A stretch of DNA of 64,000 bases from Kudoa neothunni (GCA_964304625.1 OZ199840.1:6264776-6328775), one strand, 5' to 3'; shown: positions 1-14,088, numbered from the stretch's first letter. Notes: generated by a model not told the origin, from the letters alone. A program made the numbers and translations.

Positions 1-62
1 ACATGTCATTAAAAACCCAAGATTTAGTAACAAATGAAAAAACCCAAGCACTGGCAGCCCTG
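1..62. mobile_element. Right end of a hAT-type MITE (CAGGGCTGCCAG-terminus family), truncated by the window edge
   Basis: Ends AAAACCCAAGCACTGGCAGCCCTG, the reverse complement of the terminus at 9619, with the same AAAACCCAAG subterminal repeats as the copy at 14089-14602. Confidence 0.7.
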
Positions 63-2275
63 GTTGGAACAGACACTATCGTAAGATAACATATTTTCCA
101 CGGAGAATAAAATAAACTGCTATATTGTATTGAGCTCTTTTTGACGATAATTAAAAATAAGGTGGTATCACTTTATTTTTTTTCTGCATTGTCCCTCAGG
201 AAGACTAATTTTTTCAAACAATTTTAAGCAGGAGGCATCAAAAAGAAGAAATTGTGCGCAATAACATTTTTCTCATAATGAAAAGTGAAAGAGAGACTTG
301 TTAAAGATATTTTTTTATTAATTTTATATTGTGCCAATGTCAATGTTTCAAAAATAATCTAACAAAAATATATTCTTATGTTGGAAACATAATTGGCAAT
401 GGAATCCATTAACAAAAGGTTTGTTATCCTTATTTTTTCGGCTTCATCGGCATTTATTGGTGAAAAGATCACCCCTCATAAAATTTTCGCAGTTTTCGTG
501 CATGCGCTTTAATATATTTTATCGAACATTTCCTTATTTTCTACAAAAACTACTCATAGGAATGTCACTATATTAAAGTTAGAAAATATTTATATTTTTT
601 AAATATTTTTATCCCAAAAAAACGCGGGGTCAATTTTAAATTAAGAACCATTATAAGATGAACTAGAAGTTAAAGTTTATATAAAAATATTCCACTAAAA
701 TTTTATATTTAATATAAGAAAAAAAATGTTATCATAAAAAAGTGGATCTATTTATTCTTAAATTACTTTATAAAAAGATATGTCATTAATAAAATCGTTG
801 TGGGGTAAATTTTATCACCAAACCATTATTTTTTAGTCAATATTTGAGTATCCAGTATTGCTAACTGATACTATCGAATCAGATGTATGGGATGATTTAT
901 CTGTTAAAAGATTTTATTTTGTCCTAAAATGAATACTATGAATAGAATCCGTGATTTTTTATACTTCAAAAATAATAAAAGTTTTTCTAGGAAAAAAATA
1001 TCAAATTTTCACAATATATGTTAATATGAATTAATTATATATGTACATTTATTAATTCACACATCGTTAATTCGTCCACTCATTTATAAATTATAATTTA
1101 TACATATTTAAAAAATTAATAGAATGATCATTATGCGTAAAAATGTATTTCATACCTGTGTACAATATGAACTTATGATTTAAAAAAAATAACCAAAAAA
1201 GTTATTATCATAATGAGAGATTCGATGAAAATTTCGTAATGACTCTAAGATTTTTATGAGGACGTAAATGTTGGGAAATATTGATCTAGTACGATAATCC
1301 TTAAAAGGTACTGAGTCGACTGTAAAAAGATTGTGTGTTTATGGTGCACCCAACAACAAATTTTTTTCTGCCTGAAAGATAAAATTAAAATATAAATGCT
1401 AATATAGTGAATTCTGGCGTAAAATTGATACAGAAGGATTTTTATATTGTCTTAGCCTTAAATTTAACCCTTTAAACTTTATACTATCAGAAGGTTATGC
1501 TAAATAAACAGATATCGAATTTTAAGGCACTCAATTTGATCTTAAAATAAGGTGATAAATGAAAATAAAGTAAACGCCAACCAATAGCTAGATAAACGTA
1601 AACCAATGGGCGCTTACAATAAAAATTGCGTTATTTATCAAATCAGTGCCGAAAAATATATCACTCATTTTCCCTGTATGGACAATGATCAATATTTTTT
1701 CGTAGATAATCGCGATAATTGTATCTGTATCCAGCTCTCAGCACTGATTCAAAACAAAAGATTTTGTTATACGTAGGATGAAAGTACCGCTTGTTTACTT
1801 TAAAATTATTCCCTAGTCATGATACATATCTGGTAGGTTATAATACAAAACATCAAGCATTATAACTTATTTGTTGTATATTTGCAGTTTATAGATTACA
1901 AAAATTTCCCCAACATTAAATAGTGCTCTCATCGAGAAATATTACAAATTGTTAGCAGGTAAAGAAAATAGTGAATTAAATTCGGCTCTCCATAGAGACT
2001 TAAACAGGATCGCTACAATAGTAGGGCTATTAGTATGATTAAAATATGAGAGAAAGTGCATTTGAATCCCATTCAACATCAATCTAGAATATTAACAGTG
2101 CGCTATTCAAAATGATACTATAATCGGCGTGGAGAACAACTGCCAAACAAACGTCGATTTCAAATCGTCTTTGTTCCGGTGTGCTATTTTACGTATTAAC
2201 ACTTTTTTCGGAAAATGTTCGTGGCTCGAAAAATTTTTAATTGTAACCAAATCCGCTCTCACCTCAACGATCCCT

Positions 2276-2819
2276 ATGAGTGAGCTACATTTACTAGAAA
2301 GTGCTAATGCAGACGCACTTGATGATAAATCAACCTGGATTGTCTACTCGATGATTCTCACAATGTTTACAATATTTTGGATTTCTATTCCATACATGGC
2401 TCTCTCCGTGAAATTTACTATCGCTAGTGTGATTCATAGCGTTGTAAATGGTTGGATAAAGATTGACATTCTAAATTACCATCTAGTTACACTATTATCT
2501 ATTTCATTATGTGGAGGGAACTCCATACGTGAGTTTTGACTGCGGAGAAACTCAACAACTTACCTACTGGGACCAAATAAACAATGGTGTGATGTATACC
2601 GCTACAAGAAAGTTTTTATTTATGCCTGGTGTGGTCATGTAATTTATTTGGATCTCACGTTAAAATGGATGAGTCGCCTTATTTCTTATAATTTTTGAAT
2701 TTAGGTTCATCATTGGGAATCACATTAGTGATTTTCATGTGGTTGCATTTGTGTTTAATTTGTTGGCCTTTCTCCTTATAACCATTCCAAAGTTACACGT
2801 ATTCTACACGCCGATGTGA
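2276..2819 (+). CDS. ORMDL: ORM1-like sphingolipid biosynthesis regulator, 3 exons (2276-2443, 2487-2638, 2705-2819)
   Basis: Spliced translation ...KSTWIVYSMILTMFTIFWISIPY...VIHSV|LHYYLFHYVEGTPY...LTYWDQINNGVMYTATRKFL...LITIPKLH matches ORMDL motifs (KGTPF, LTHWEQ, FTASRKFL, IPKLP). GT-AG introns of 43 and 66 nt keep the frame. Confidence 0.9.
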
Positions 2820-4164
2820 ACTGTGCATCATTCGCCATCATCATCGTCTATCAAGCGTGTATAATTAGTTTGAACTGACATAAACAATTTTTCACCGCCT
2901 TATTTTTTACGCGTTCATTTCATGAAAATCGCATTCATTATTTTCGAGTGAAACATTTTTTCTCATGACGTTCATCCATGATATTTCCATAAGATATGGT
3001 CGATGTCTAATTTTAGGAAGTTTTGATTTTCGCCTTTGGTTAATGATTAGTCGCATACCAGGCATTCTTGTCTTATTGTTAAGAAGTGGGCAGCGGTTAT
3101 TCTCATGGAAACGAATAACTTCTCCGTTATAGATGATATTTCAACTCTGACTTCATATTTGAATGTAGTTATTTTTAATCTAATTTTCTATGCAAAAATC
3201 ATTAGAAAATTTAAAGAATAAACATTCAACACTTTGTCTGCCCAATTTACACTGCAAAATAAGTACACTCACATTTTTTGAGTCTAATATTGTGTAATAT
3301 GAACATTATAGTTGAAATGAAATGAAAACAGATCTAATGATGGTTAGAAACCTTTAGTTTAATACGTCTCAACACATGCAGTTTAACTTAGAATAAGTCA
3401 TCTCCAATCATTTACGAAACATTTGCGTTTCTATCTAAACATTTTTTAATATAAATTTAACAAAATTGTCGTTATTCGATGGATATTAATTGTATTCGAA
3501 CTATTTTACATCGATGTAGACCACTTTTCATATGTATCTATAAGATTGTACTATAGTTTTGGGGAATGTTCGTTGTTTTTTCCCTGCAAATGTATTTACT
3601 TTAATCAGAAGTATGAGAAAGGTTTTCATGGTGCCTATTCGTTAATACAGAACTTATAAATACAGGAACCTATGAGTTTAAATTTAAGAGTAAACCTATG
3701 CTTATTAATTTAAACCCATTTATCAATTTTTAAAAAGCAGGGTGATTCTAAATTTTCTGCATTAATTCCTTTGGTAACGTATCAATGGGTAAATTTACAA
3801 AATGAAAATTTTTGAATGGTGATTTTTGGGGTACGTTTGCTTTGACTTTTGTAAAGCGAGCGAGCGAACGAAGAAATGTAGTAAGTATTATAGTTAGGGT
3901 TGGGAATTCTCGACGTTTATTTTTTTGTAAATTGACGGTATTTATCGAGCGAAATAATTTTTCTTAAATTCACCTTTTATCAACTTATTATATATAAATA
4001 AAATTTGTAAATCGACTTTTATCGACCTTTATTTAAAGAAAAAAAACGCTAAAATAAAAATAAACAAAATAGATTAGGTAATCGTGAATATTATTTATTG
4101 TGCCAATAGCCTTTGCCATTAAAATACGCTGTGAATATAACTCAGGTACCTGATAATCCACTCC

Positions 4165-7083
4165 TGGCAGTAGCTATATCTCAGGAAGTGAATTTCTCGA
4201 AAATTACTCAACATATTAAACTCAAAATTTACGGGTCGTTATAAATTAGTTCAACTTAAGTTTTCCGTAAATTCCAAAATTTTATGAAAATTTCAGTAAT
4301 TTACGTAAACGACAACAACACAGGTACCGGGAATGATAATTATTTTTCATACAATAAAAAAATTAAAAACAACAACAATTAGAATTAAATATAATAGGCT
4401 AAATAATTTTTGTTCGTTCAAGTCATGCTTTGAGAACGCATTCTGCTCTTACAATTTGGCTGGACACGCGTTAAGTTCAAACATGTTTACACTTGGAACA
4501 CGATTTGTCACCTTCGAGGCGAGGATCTTGATAATGCCATTTTAGATTACGAGAAATCAAATTTTTGTAACTATTATAAATATTATCCCAGCTCCACGTT
4601 ATTATGTGATTACTTACTGTTGTATTGTCAGTGGTAAAAACAAACCAAAATCCCGTGGAAGTAGAAATAAACCAGTTTAAGGGGAGACTGCCCTGTTAAA
4701 ATATCACTTAGGACTTCTGTCGATGGAACTGCTCTTGAAGTACATTCTTGTATGCTAGTTCATAATCATGAATCAAATGAAATGATTTACAGGAATTTAC
4801 CAAGACAATGAAAAATTGATTTAGATGATCAAAATTAAATTTAATTGATTCGCCCAGAGGCAAATAAAAAATTGATTCAGTTTAAAATTCAATGTGAAAA
4901 CGCAAAAAATGTTTGTCTTAAGTCTATCCATAATATTAGAGCAAATAATACTTTGTTCCTCCCTAACCTAGATGCGATAGAAAGAGTTTTAAGAAAGGAC
5001 TATAGCTGTTAGGTTAGAATTTTATGATAAATATAGCGTTGTTAACAGAATTTTTTTGCAGACAATAAAATGAAATCCTTCTTGCAGTTTTATCCAGAGG
5101 TGATGTTTGTAGATACAATATAAAAACTTCTTAATTCAAGGTAATTAAAAAAATTTTAATCTATTGTAATCATAATCTTAGAACACCATTATATGTATGT
5201 GCAGGGGTAGATTCTTTTGGGTTAACACACATCACAAGTGTGTATATACTCTATGAGGAGACTCTAGCTGCTATTCAATGGTTTTGCGATGTTTTAACTG
5301 ATATAATAAAGTGCTTCGATACAATATAAATAAAATCGTTACCGATAAGGATGAAAAACTCAGAACAGTCCTAAAAGGAAGTTTTCCATTCGCATCGTGT
5401 ATACCTTGTAAATTCCATGTCATGCAAATTTTCCTCCGGAAAATTACCAACATTACATTCCCAATTTCTACTCGTCCTTGTCAAGAAGTTTTAACATTCT
5501 TACAGAAAATGATTCATCATAATGATTACTTTGAATATGAAAGTTATGTAGATCAAATTCATTCATTTAACAATGTTAATTTGAGCGAATATTTTTAAAG
5601 GAACTGGGAATCAATTTACAACGAATGGGTTATCGGTTTCAGTGATGCAAACAACTTTTATGACAATGGTACAAACAATCGAATTGAAGCAACCAATTCG
5701 AAAATTAAAAGCGTTGTTCATAAATTCAGTACTTTAAATGATTTTATTTGTAACTTTTTCAAAATTTTGAACATCCTCCGAACAGAAAAGGAGGTTAGAG
5801 CAATAAGTCAATTGTATTATGTTTCAAATGAAACATTTAATGTAGAATGTACATTCCTTTACAAACAACACTTGACAAAATACGCCTATAGTAAGTAGAG
5901 AGATCAAATCTCATTACTAAATGACGATAACTTATTGACAAGCTTTAATGGAACTAAAAATCCATCGACATGTTCATGCTTATTTATCGATCATTCTCAA
6001 TTCCATGTCGTCATGTGTTTAATGTAGATCAATGAAAAAATTACCTCTTTTCTCCTTAGATTTGTGCCATGAAAGATGGGCAAAGTCATACGGATGAAAT
6101 TTTTAAAAACAGGTACAATAACAGAAGATAACAACGGGAAAACTTCTACTATTATTGATAAAAAAGCAGGTTAAAATAAAAAGTTTCGTTAAAAAGTTGA
6201 AATATGCGGCAACTTTTACAACAAAGTTTGCAAATACAACATCAGAATATTGTGGAGACTTTTTTGATAAATCAATAAGATCAATAAATCTTTTGGAAAG
6301 GATAATAAAAAACCACGATAACACAATTATCGATCATTATCATACTTCATAATTTTATATAGTTGGGGAACTATTAGAGTAGACGAAATAGTGAATGTTT
6401 TCTAATTAAATTGCATTTTAACCATATTACGAATCATCAAAGGAATTAATTGAAAATTCGCCACATACGATATCAAAAACTCATTCAAATAGTGAGTACA
6501 ATGTTCAAGATCAGAAAATCAGTAATCAAGACCGATCAAAAATAATAATGGAACAACCCCAATTGAAAGGTAATAAATAAATTTTAATACTGCTAATTTT
6601 CTTTAAGATTTAAAAATCCCTTCAAAAATAAAATCCATTGATCGACCAAGGGGTAGACATTCAGCAACTATTAGAGTCAAAAATAAAAAAAAATTAGTTT
6701 CGACTATGAATTTATGTGAATTAAGAATAAATGTTAGAATATTTTTCGATGTGTTCATTATTCACGGAAAACCTGTATGCGCATATGTAAGGATATAATA
6801 ATAAATTACATCTATTTAGTTTAAATATCTTATCGCCGAAAAAACTAAACGCAAATATAAAAACTACCTTTGTTATATTTAAATTATTCTTAATTTATTA
6901 CTACATTTCGGAATTTACATGAAATAATTATCACTCCCGGTACTTGTGTTGTTGTCGTTTACGTGAAAAATTGAAATTTATGGAAAACTTAAGTTAAACT
7001 AATTTATAATGATGTGTAAATTTTGAGATTAATATGTTGAGTACTTTTCTAGAAATTCGCTGCCTGATATATAGCCACTGCCA
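4165..7083 (+). mobile_element. Mutator-like (MULE) DNA transposon with long TIRs
   Basis: About 170-185 bp imperfect inverted repeats (TGGCAGTAGCTATAT... at 4165 and ...ATATAGCCACTGCCA at 7083) flank a decayed MULE transposase. No clear TSD. Confidence 0.85.
4400..6700 (+). pseudogene. MULE transposase with SWIM zinc finger (ZSWIM3-like), disrupted; boundaries approximate
   Basis: Motifs PEVMFVD, TPLYVCAGVDSFG, IVTDKD...CKFHVMQ, TNNRIEATNSKIK and CSC...PCRHV, with several stops and frameshifts. Confidence 0.8.
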
Positions 7084-7092
7084 CTAAAACAA

Positions 7093-8640
7093 TCACAATA
7101 GACCATTGAAATTTAGCATTGCCAACATTGTAAGGCAATCATCACCTAAATTTCTTCTTCCTTTTCCGAAAACGTATCGGAGTTTTGAGAAATTCCTTTC
7201 AAAACTGATTGATGATATTGGCAGGATCAATATATCTTGACAAAGTATTGAAAGCTTAGATAAAACGTTTGATCGCGTTTTTCCAAAAGTTAAGATTGAT
7301 TTATCTTGTTAAATCTTTCGCCCCTTTATATAACAAGTCCAAATCATTCTTAAGTTACTGCCTGTCTTCAACCTGTAAAAAGTAACAAAGATCATTAACA
7401 TTCAATTGTTCAGTTGGAATTGGAACATTTAGATCATGATTTTTCACAGTTTCAAAAAATGTATTTGAGGGTAAACACTCATTTAGGTTTTTAGATAATG
7501 AACACTTTAGTTCTTTAATAATTTTGTCGCATAAATATTCACATTTAAGTATAAAGTTATTTCAACATTGAAATGGAACGAGACCGATAATGTCCTTGTG
7601 ATTTTTTAGAAAATTATTCTTGTTGATTCCAAAGTCATTCTCTATCCAGTCAAAAATTTTCGAGACACAATTCCCTTCGGTTTCAATTATTTTTGAAAAA
7701 TCAAATAATGGAGTAGGTCCATCGATTAAAATATTTAAAGAAAAGCAAAAAGAATTAAGATAAACTGCGTCTTTTTTTGGAAATTCATTAAGTTTTTCTT
7801 CGAATTTGTCCCCTTTTAATATTTCAAAAAGTCGACAACTGCTGGGTAATACTCCTTTACTTGCTTCATACAATTAAAGAAATTATACCATCGTACATCT
7901 AATACTCTCGGAATTTCTTTAAACTATCAAAATTATTATTTTTAAGGTGAATCAAAAAGACTGTTTCGCTTTCCTATTTTTTGACAACAGGGATGAGAAT
8001 TTCACACAAAAATTTCTAACATTCTTAAAGTAAGGGTCAACAGCTTACTGAACATTTCTATGAATATGTGAAGAAAAAGAGATTCTGGCGATATGAGGAT
8101 ACATAATTGTTTTTCGTCTATCTGAGGAATTATCACGGAAGCAGGCTAAAGTGTTAAAAGTTGGTCGGTTTTTAGCATTTAGGGACTCGTCAACTATTAA
8201 ACTAAAACGTAAATCAGACATCATTAGTTTAATAGTGGTCATGGTTTCCTTAAATATCGTGGGAAGATGCTTCTCAACTAAATATTTTCCTTCAGCTAGC
8301 GACCGTGACTCGGGACAATACGCAGAAATAAATTTCCTTAGATTGCTTTCTTTATTAATCGAAGAAAGTGAAAAACCATCAAAACCAACTATTAAAACCA
8401 TATCTATTTCTATTTTATCTGAATTCGTTGCGTCTCGATAAAATATATTAGTTAGAGGGTTTATGTTCGATAAATTCGACTTGATGGAACAATGTTTGTG
8501 AGAATTAACGTGCCCCTGTATTCTATTTTATTTCATAGGTATCATCACATCACATTACAATATCTACATATTATTACATCACCAGCGGCTTCTAAATCAC
8601 GTCATTTCATTAAATAATTGGTTATTTCGCGTCGCTTCCT
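7093..8640 (-). pseudogene. hAT-superfamily transposase (CGGBP1-like zinc finger at N-terminus), disrupted
   Basis: Minus-strand fragments: ICRYCN...HVNSHKH zinc finger, FSLIVDES (first catalytic Asp) and C-terminal dimerisation motif LPISSISFERNFSKLR...RRNL. Confidence 0.75.
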
Positions 8641-9618
8641 TCCCGTTTTCGAACGTGTCTAATGCAACAAAAACCGGTGAAAATCGACGTTTTTCGATCG
8701 AAAATGTCCAACTTTACATTTAAGGCGAAGTGCTTTGTTTTCCGCTTTGATGAAGAAACAATTACGGTTCTATTTTTCCTTAAATGTTTGAGATTCAATG
8801 TCAATTTTGGTTTGTTTCTTGCTTTGACATTCTTTAACTTAAAAATGCCCTTGTTCAAAAGAATATCAACGATAAAAACCGAATACGAACCATGTCAAAA
8901 TGTGCTACGTGTACGAAGATCCTTGTTAAATTTGTTGCACCCAACGTTTTTTTAATTATTTTCTAATGGATTAATAATAACTGGAATGTTTCCTATATGT
9001 GTGGCCAAATATAATTTAATCGATAGATTCATTTGTTAACACTAATATTTACCTCTACAATTAAAAAATCAGTGATATTGGTTATATTTCTAGTTTTAAT
9101 TTAGAATTTGGATTTTTCAGATAAAAAATCTATTATTTATTTAATTATATTAGCATGCTTTGTTGACGCTAATTTGGTATTCAATTGCCGAATTACAAAT
9201 TTTATGTAGTTTTTTTATTAACTCTTGATATAACTACATAATTTATGAAATAATATGTATGTTGCTGTCAAATATCTGAGAAAAAGTGGTTATTATTCAT
9301 CATTTTGAATTTCTAATGTCAAATCAATTAAGTTAAGCCAAATTAAAGATCAAACTTAATCAATTTAACTCATTTACCTTATAGGTTTGAGTAATTAAGT
9401 AGTTCAAACTGTTAAAAGCACGGGAATCAAATAAACCCTGAAACGTGTCTCATTGATTCGTATGTTTAACTTTCAGAATTTTGCTATTTAATTCATAGAT
9501 TTTCTCTTTTATTTTAATTAAATTTAAAAACATACTATAAGGGACTAAATGAAGAATTTTAATCGGTACTCACCTAATAAAGTAATTTAATGGTAGTCCT
9601 CAAGCGAACCGATACAAT

Positions 9619-10277
9619 CAGGGCTGCCAGGGTCGGGGTTTTTGCTTTAATACAAAATATTGGGTTTTTATTGAAAAGCTGTAAATATTAAAGAATAACA
9701 CAATATTTTTATGTATGGCATTAATATTTATATTTTTAATGACGTATCCTATTCAGATCATATCATGCAGAAGCGTTTCCCAACTAAAATTGGACTCGCG
9801 CCCGCTTGCATATATATGATAAGGTGTAGCCCACTCAAAATTTCTCAAAAATTATTTTCTATTGTGGTTGAATCTCGCACCCCCAAGCCCACAGTTCACA
9901 CCCTTAGGGGTGCGGGAATCCCCTGTAGGGAGCCAATGTCATGCAGGGTTTAAACATTTGCGATATTGAATGACAGCACAAAGATTGTTTAACATGACAC
10001 GATCGCATAATTACTCAGTAAGCATTGTCGCACATTATTAGAAAATTTAAATTTTATTTCAAATTATATTTTGAATTATGGAGTAATTAATTGTGAGTGA
10101 GTGTTCGTGCCAAAACATCGCAATCATATGACGATAAATTTAAATTGAATATCTGAAGACGTAATTATTGAATCGGAATAAGGTTAAACACCTTAATAGA
10201 TACGACTCTATTTTTTGTTTTACTTTAAAGAGGCGTTTGTCTCAACCTTGGATTTTTTTAACTCCACTGGCAGCCTG
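9619..10277. mobile_element. hAT MITE with perfect 8-bp TSD GATACAAT
   Basis: Termini CAGGGCTGCCAG / CTGGCAGCCTG. GATACAAT at 9611-9618 and 10278-10285. Body is homologous to the inverted copy at 14089-14602. Confidence 0.9.
9771..9938. mobile_element. 168-bp hAT (Charlie/Buster-like) MITE nested in the 9619-10277 element
   Basis: Degenerate TIRs AAGCGTTTCCCAAC / GTAGGGAGCCAATG. 8-bp TSD TCATGCAG at 9763-9770 and 9939-9946. Absent from the paralogous copy at 14089-14602. Confidence 0.85.
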
Positions 10278-10546
10278 GATACAATTAAGTGCGCGCGAGC
10301 GCATTGATTGGGGTTACGAGGGTGGGCACCTTGGGTCGCACTTTGCTCACCACTGATCTAAAGGGAAATTATTTTTATCGCATACTCATCAGAGCAAAAA
10401 TAGGATTAAAGGCAAAAAAAGTGCGAAAATCGGTTAATCTTCTTTTCGTTAAAAAAAACAGGGATAAAAATGTTTTACTGATTTAAAATTTCATAAATAT
10501 GATACGAAAAAGGAGTTATAATGATTCTTTGAAAATAAGAACGTTT

Positions 10547-11400
10547 TTAAAACATGTGTTGTAAGATTTTTAAAAGTGCGAAAAATCGGTTACCTACTCT
10601 AGTTATATAACGGAACTTGCGCTTGATAACACCCCAAATGACCTTAATTCCGTTCGTATGGACTCCATCCGACGTTTTAAATTTAATACTGTGATTAACT
10701 TTATCATGATGATAGCCCAACATGCTTAGAGTATTGTAGCCACCCCACAAATCGGTCCAGATGACGGACCCAACTGAGACATATTGAGAGATAATCGTTT
10801 CAGATGAGGCTTGATTTCTAACCTCAGTCAAGATTTGAAATATATTTCCATCTTAATCGATTCCTCCAACTACCCACACCTTTCGATCCACAAGTACTCT
10901 ACCACGATGACATTTGCGCTTGCATACTTGGATACATGGGACCCATTAATTTGCACAATGATACCTGAACCACCAATTGAAGTACTCTCGATATTAAGAT
11001 ACTCCATATAGATTTAACGTATATAATTTTTCCACTTACAAACTGTTTCTCTTGAGCAGATCTTCAATTGCCTCATTATGATATTGTACTTCATATAGAT
11101 AGCACTAACGTCTGCAAAAATCAGAAAAAATTTGTCATAACGTAAGCTCTGTCCCTTCAAAAACGTCCCCTTATTGAGTGATAACTTTTTATTACATTTA
11201 TAGTAACAGAAAATAAATGAGTCAATATTGCTTTCTGGTCTGAGTAGCATATCTGAATGTCAAGTTTCACATGAGCAAATTCTGGGCAATAAACCAAATC
11301 TTTGCAATGAGAACATTAATTTGGGCTGGTCCTTATTTAGATTAAATACATCTTCTATAGGAATATCGTCAATTTCAACCGTAGAATAGTCTTTTTTTAG
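10547..11400 (-). pseudogene. Merlin/ISXO2-like (IS1595 family) transposase, disrupted
   Basis: IGGSGIIVQIN...RGRV...WVVGGI and GSVIWTDLWGGY...HDKVNHS...DGVHTNGIKVIWGVIKR are characteristic ISXO2 motifs. Frameshifts and stops present. Confidence 0.85.
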
Positions 11401-11553
11401 CGGGACGAGGAAAAGCGATTACCACCGACTTTCATCGCTATACCGTACCTTAGCCCCAGTACCCTTAAATATAAAAAGAAAAAAAAATCAATTAATCCTA
11501 TTATTGGAACAAATACGACTTTTCATAATAAACATACGATATTTAACAGAGGA

Positions 11554-12098
11554 ATGGAACAAAAGGAAGTTGACCACAATGAAAGCCAAATTGAACAAGA
11601 TTTTACTCAAGGAATAATTGTAATCAATAGTAATCAAACAGATGACGTCATAACAGGTAATTTATACTTTGTAATGAATTTTTTAGACATGCTTGTTCGG
11701 CCTTAGAGACAAAATCTCGTTCCAACGACCACGTACAATGCATTGACGATATTCTGAGTCATGACTCCAAACTGTTCTACCACATCAAACAATATACTGA
11801 TTCGATTCGGAAAAATGATACACTTTCAGAAGTTAAACATAATGAAACAGCTAAATTGGCAAATGCCGCATCCAAGAGGATGCGTATAGCGTCCTCAAAA
11901 ATGTCAGAAAATACAAAACACGTAATGGAATCATTTATATTAAACAAAAAGATTGTAAGTGCATTGTGTGTTAATTCCTATTGAATTTAAACCAAGAAAA
12001 AAAAATTGGATGTGTTTGAAAAAACACTAGATGACTGTGTCAGACAAATGGATAGAATCGAGATACTTTTGGGCGAAATTGAAAATCGCTCACGATAA
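11554..12098 (+). CDS. Small (~150 aa) predicted coiled-coil protein, 3 exons; weak resemblance to BORC/BLOC-1 subunits
   Basis: ATG at 11554. Introns 11657-11706 (GT-AG) and about 11955-11996 (GTAAGT...AAG) give an open frame ending KKLDVFEKTLDDCVRQMDRIEILLGEIENRSR*. Confidence 0.6.
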
Positions 12099-13195
12099 AT
12101 CCTACTGTCTACAATAATGGATGGTATGTCACAGCCAACCCCTTTACTCTCCTTATCCATTCAAATAAACTCATGCATATAGTTTTTTTACCAACATAAT
12201 CAGTAATTTCTTTTTGCTTTTCTAAAATAAATAGTTTATTCGCTCAACAAAACGCACATGGAAATATATACAATTTTTCTCGGTGTTTCCTTTTTATGAG
12301 AATGTTGAGAAGCTATGACTCGTCGTTTATTTGGCGTGTGGGCTCATATTTAGAATCCCCTATCATAGTCAATATTTATTCTATAAAGCAATACTTTAAT
12401 TACAAAATTGGTTATTTCTTCTAAAATATTGGCCATCAATTTAAGTTCTGATCTAGTAATTGCTTAGTTACTGATATAAAAAGGCTGTTCAATATTATAC
12501 TAAAAAAAGTCATTTTCGCGGAAGAAGTTTATTATTTTCACAAAAATGAATCGTAATAGCTCAAATTAAATGATCCTGATGTATATCATTAATTTTTAAC
12601 ATTATTTGGAATTTTAAGTTGTAAATTTTCTTAACGATGCCTTAAGTTTATTAAAAACAGTAAATTATACTACTATGATTAACGGCTAAGACGTACTTTT
12701 GTTATTTTGTACAGAATTTCCCATTTGTTAAACACATTGCCCAATTTGATATTATAAACTTAATTCAGTTGAATTTTTAGATCAGAAAAATACAATAAAA
12801 TACAGTAATTAAAGCGCATCGTTGGTTAATTTTTACCTTCCACCGCACAAATTCTGAAGTAATTACGTATTATTCATTGTATATAAATTTTTTACAAATT
12901 AGAGTTTTCATTGTATCGGCATTTATAATGAGTACCAAGTACACGCCAAATCTTGGCATCGGTACAACACCACTATTTAGTATTTGCATATCTAGAAAGT
13001 TTATCGTTACCATTTCGGTGCTCTATTGTAACGTGAATATTAATTTATTTTTATGTATTTTATTCTAACATGAATACTTTAACAGTTAATTAACAATATT
13101 TTTAAAGAACGAACAAGCATATAAAAAATTTTAAATTATACTCTAAGTTATATTTCTGTTATATGCTAATATAGTGATTGATGAAAATAGATGTA

Positions 13196-13605
13196 CAGTG
13201 CAACTTCGGATCTCGACCATAATCCTTTATAGAAGTGTGTTCGAACTCCGAATAATTTTTCCCCTGCAAAATAATGAAAATTAGTTTAATCCGTTACCGC
13301 ACATCAAATAAATGACTATTTTTATTCTTATTTATGAAAAATATGCATACCTCGTGTTTATAAAATATAATAGGTAAATATTAAATATAATAAGAAAAAT
13401 TAAATATAGGACAAATATTTTTTGGCTGTCATCCGATAGATTATAAAGTTTCTCTTTCGAGCGAGGATGGTCGCACAATTTGATTCGGCGAATCTTCTTC
13501 TCGAATTTCTTTTCTTCTCTATTTTTTACTCCAACTGAATTTGTTCTGAATACCCTTTCTATATGTGTTCGAACTCAGATTTGTACGATCTCCGAGGTTG
13601 TCCTG
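13196..13605. mobile_element. pogo/Tigger-type MITE
   Basis: TA|CAGTGCAACTTCGGA... and ...TCCGAGGTTGTCCTG|TA: imperfect TIRs with TA TSD and repeated GTGTTCGAACTC motifs. Confidence 0.7.
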
Positions 13606-14088
13606 TATATTCAAATTTTTAGTCATTATAATTGACTTCAAAAACTAATGTTAAATAATGGTACAACTTATATATTTGTATGGAAATTAATTAGTTAATA
13701 GTAGTAATATTAAATTTCTATAGACGGCACTTAAACAAGGGCCGAAAAGACCCAGAAAACTTTAATCATTAAGTTTTATGGGTTAGTGAGGTGCGTCGCC
13801 AATGTAGCGTCCAAACTTTGTAAATATTTAATTCCCATTTTTGATGCATATTTACTCTACAAAGATATATAGAAACACATTTAACCATTTAAGAATATAA
13901 TAGGAACAGCTAATAATTCCATGAACTCAAACTGACAAAATGTTGACTCCATAAAATTAATTAAAGATGATATAGTCTCACTTGATATAAATGTGAGATG
14001 TTTTGTACGATCAAATTTAATAATACAAATTTAAAATCTGGCTTGCTGATGAGGAAATATTTATAGAGAAATTGCTATCCGTGGCAAG

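Noticed and set aside
2129-2275. N-terminal extension of the ORMDL ORF from a GTG start
   Set aside because: Eukaryotic gene; ATG at 2276 gives the expected ORMDL length
10310-11465. TIR pair for the Merlin relic
   Set aside because: The GC-rich ends at about 10310 and 11443-11464 are not convincingly inverted and no TSD was found
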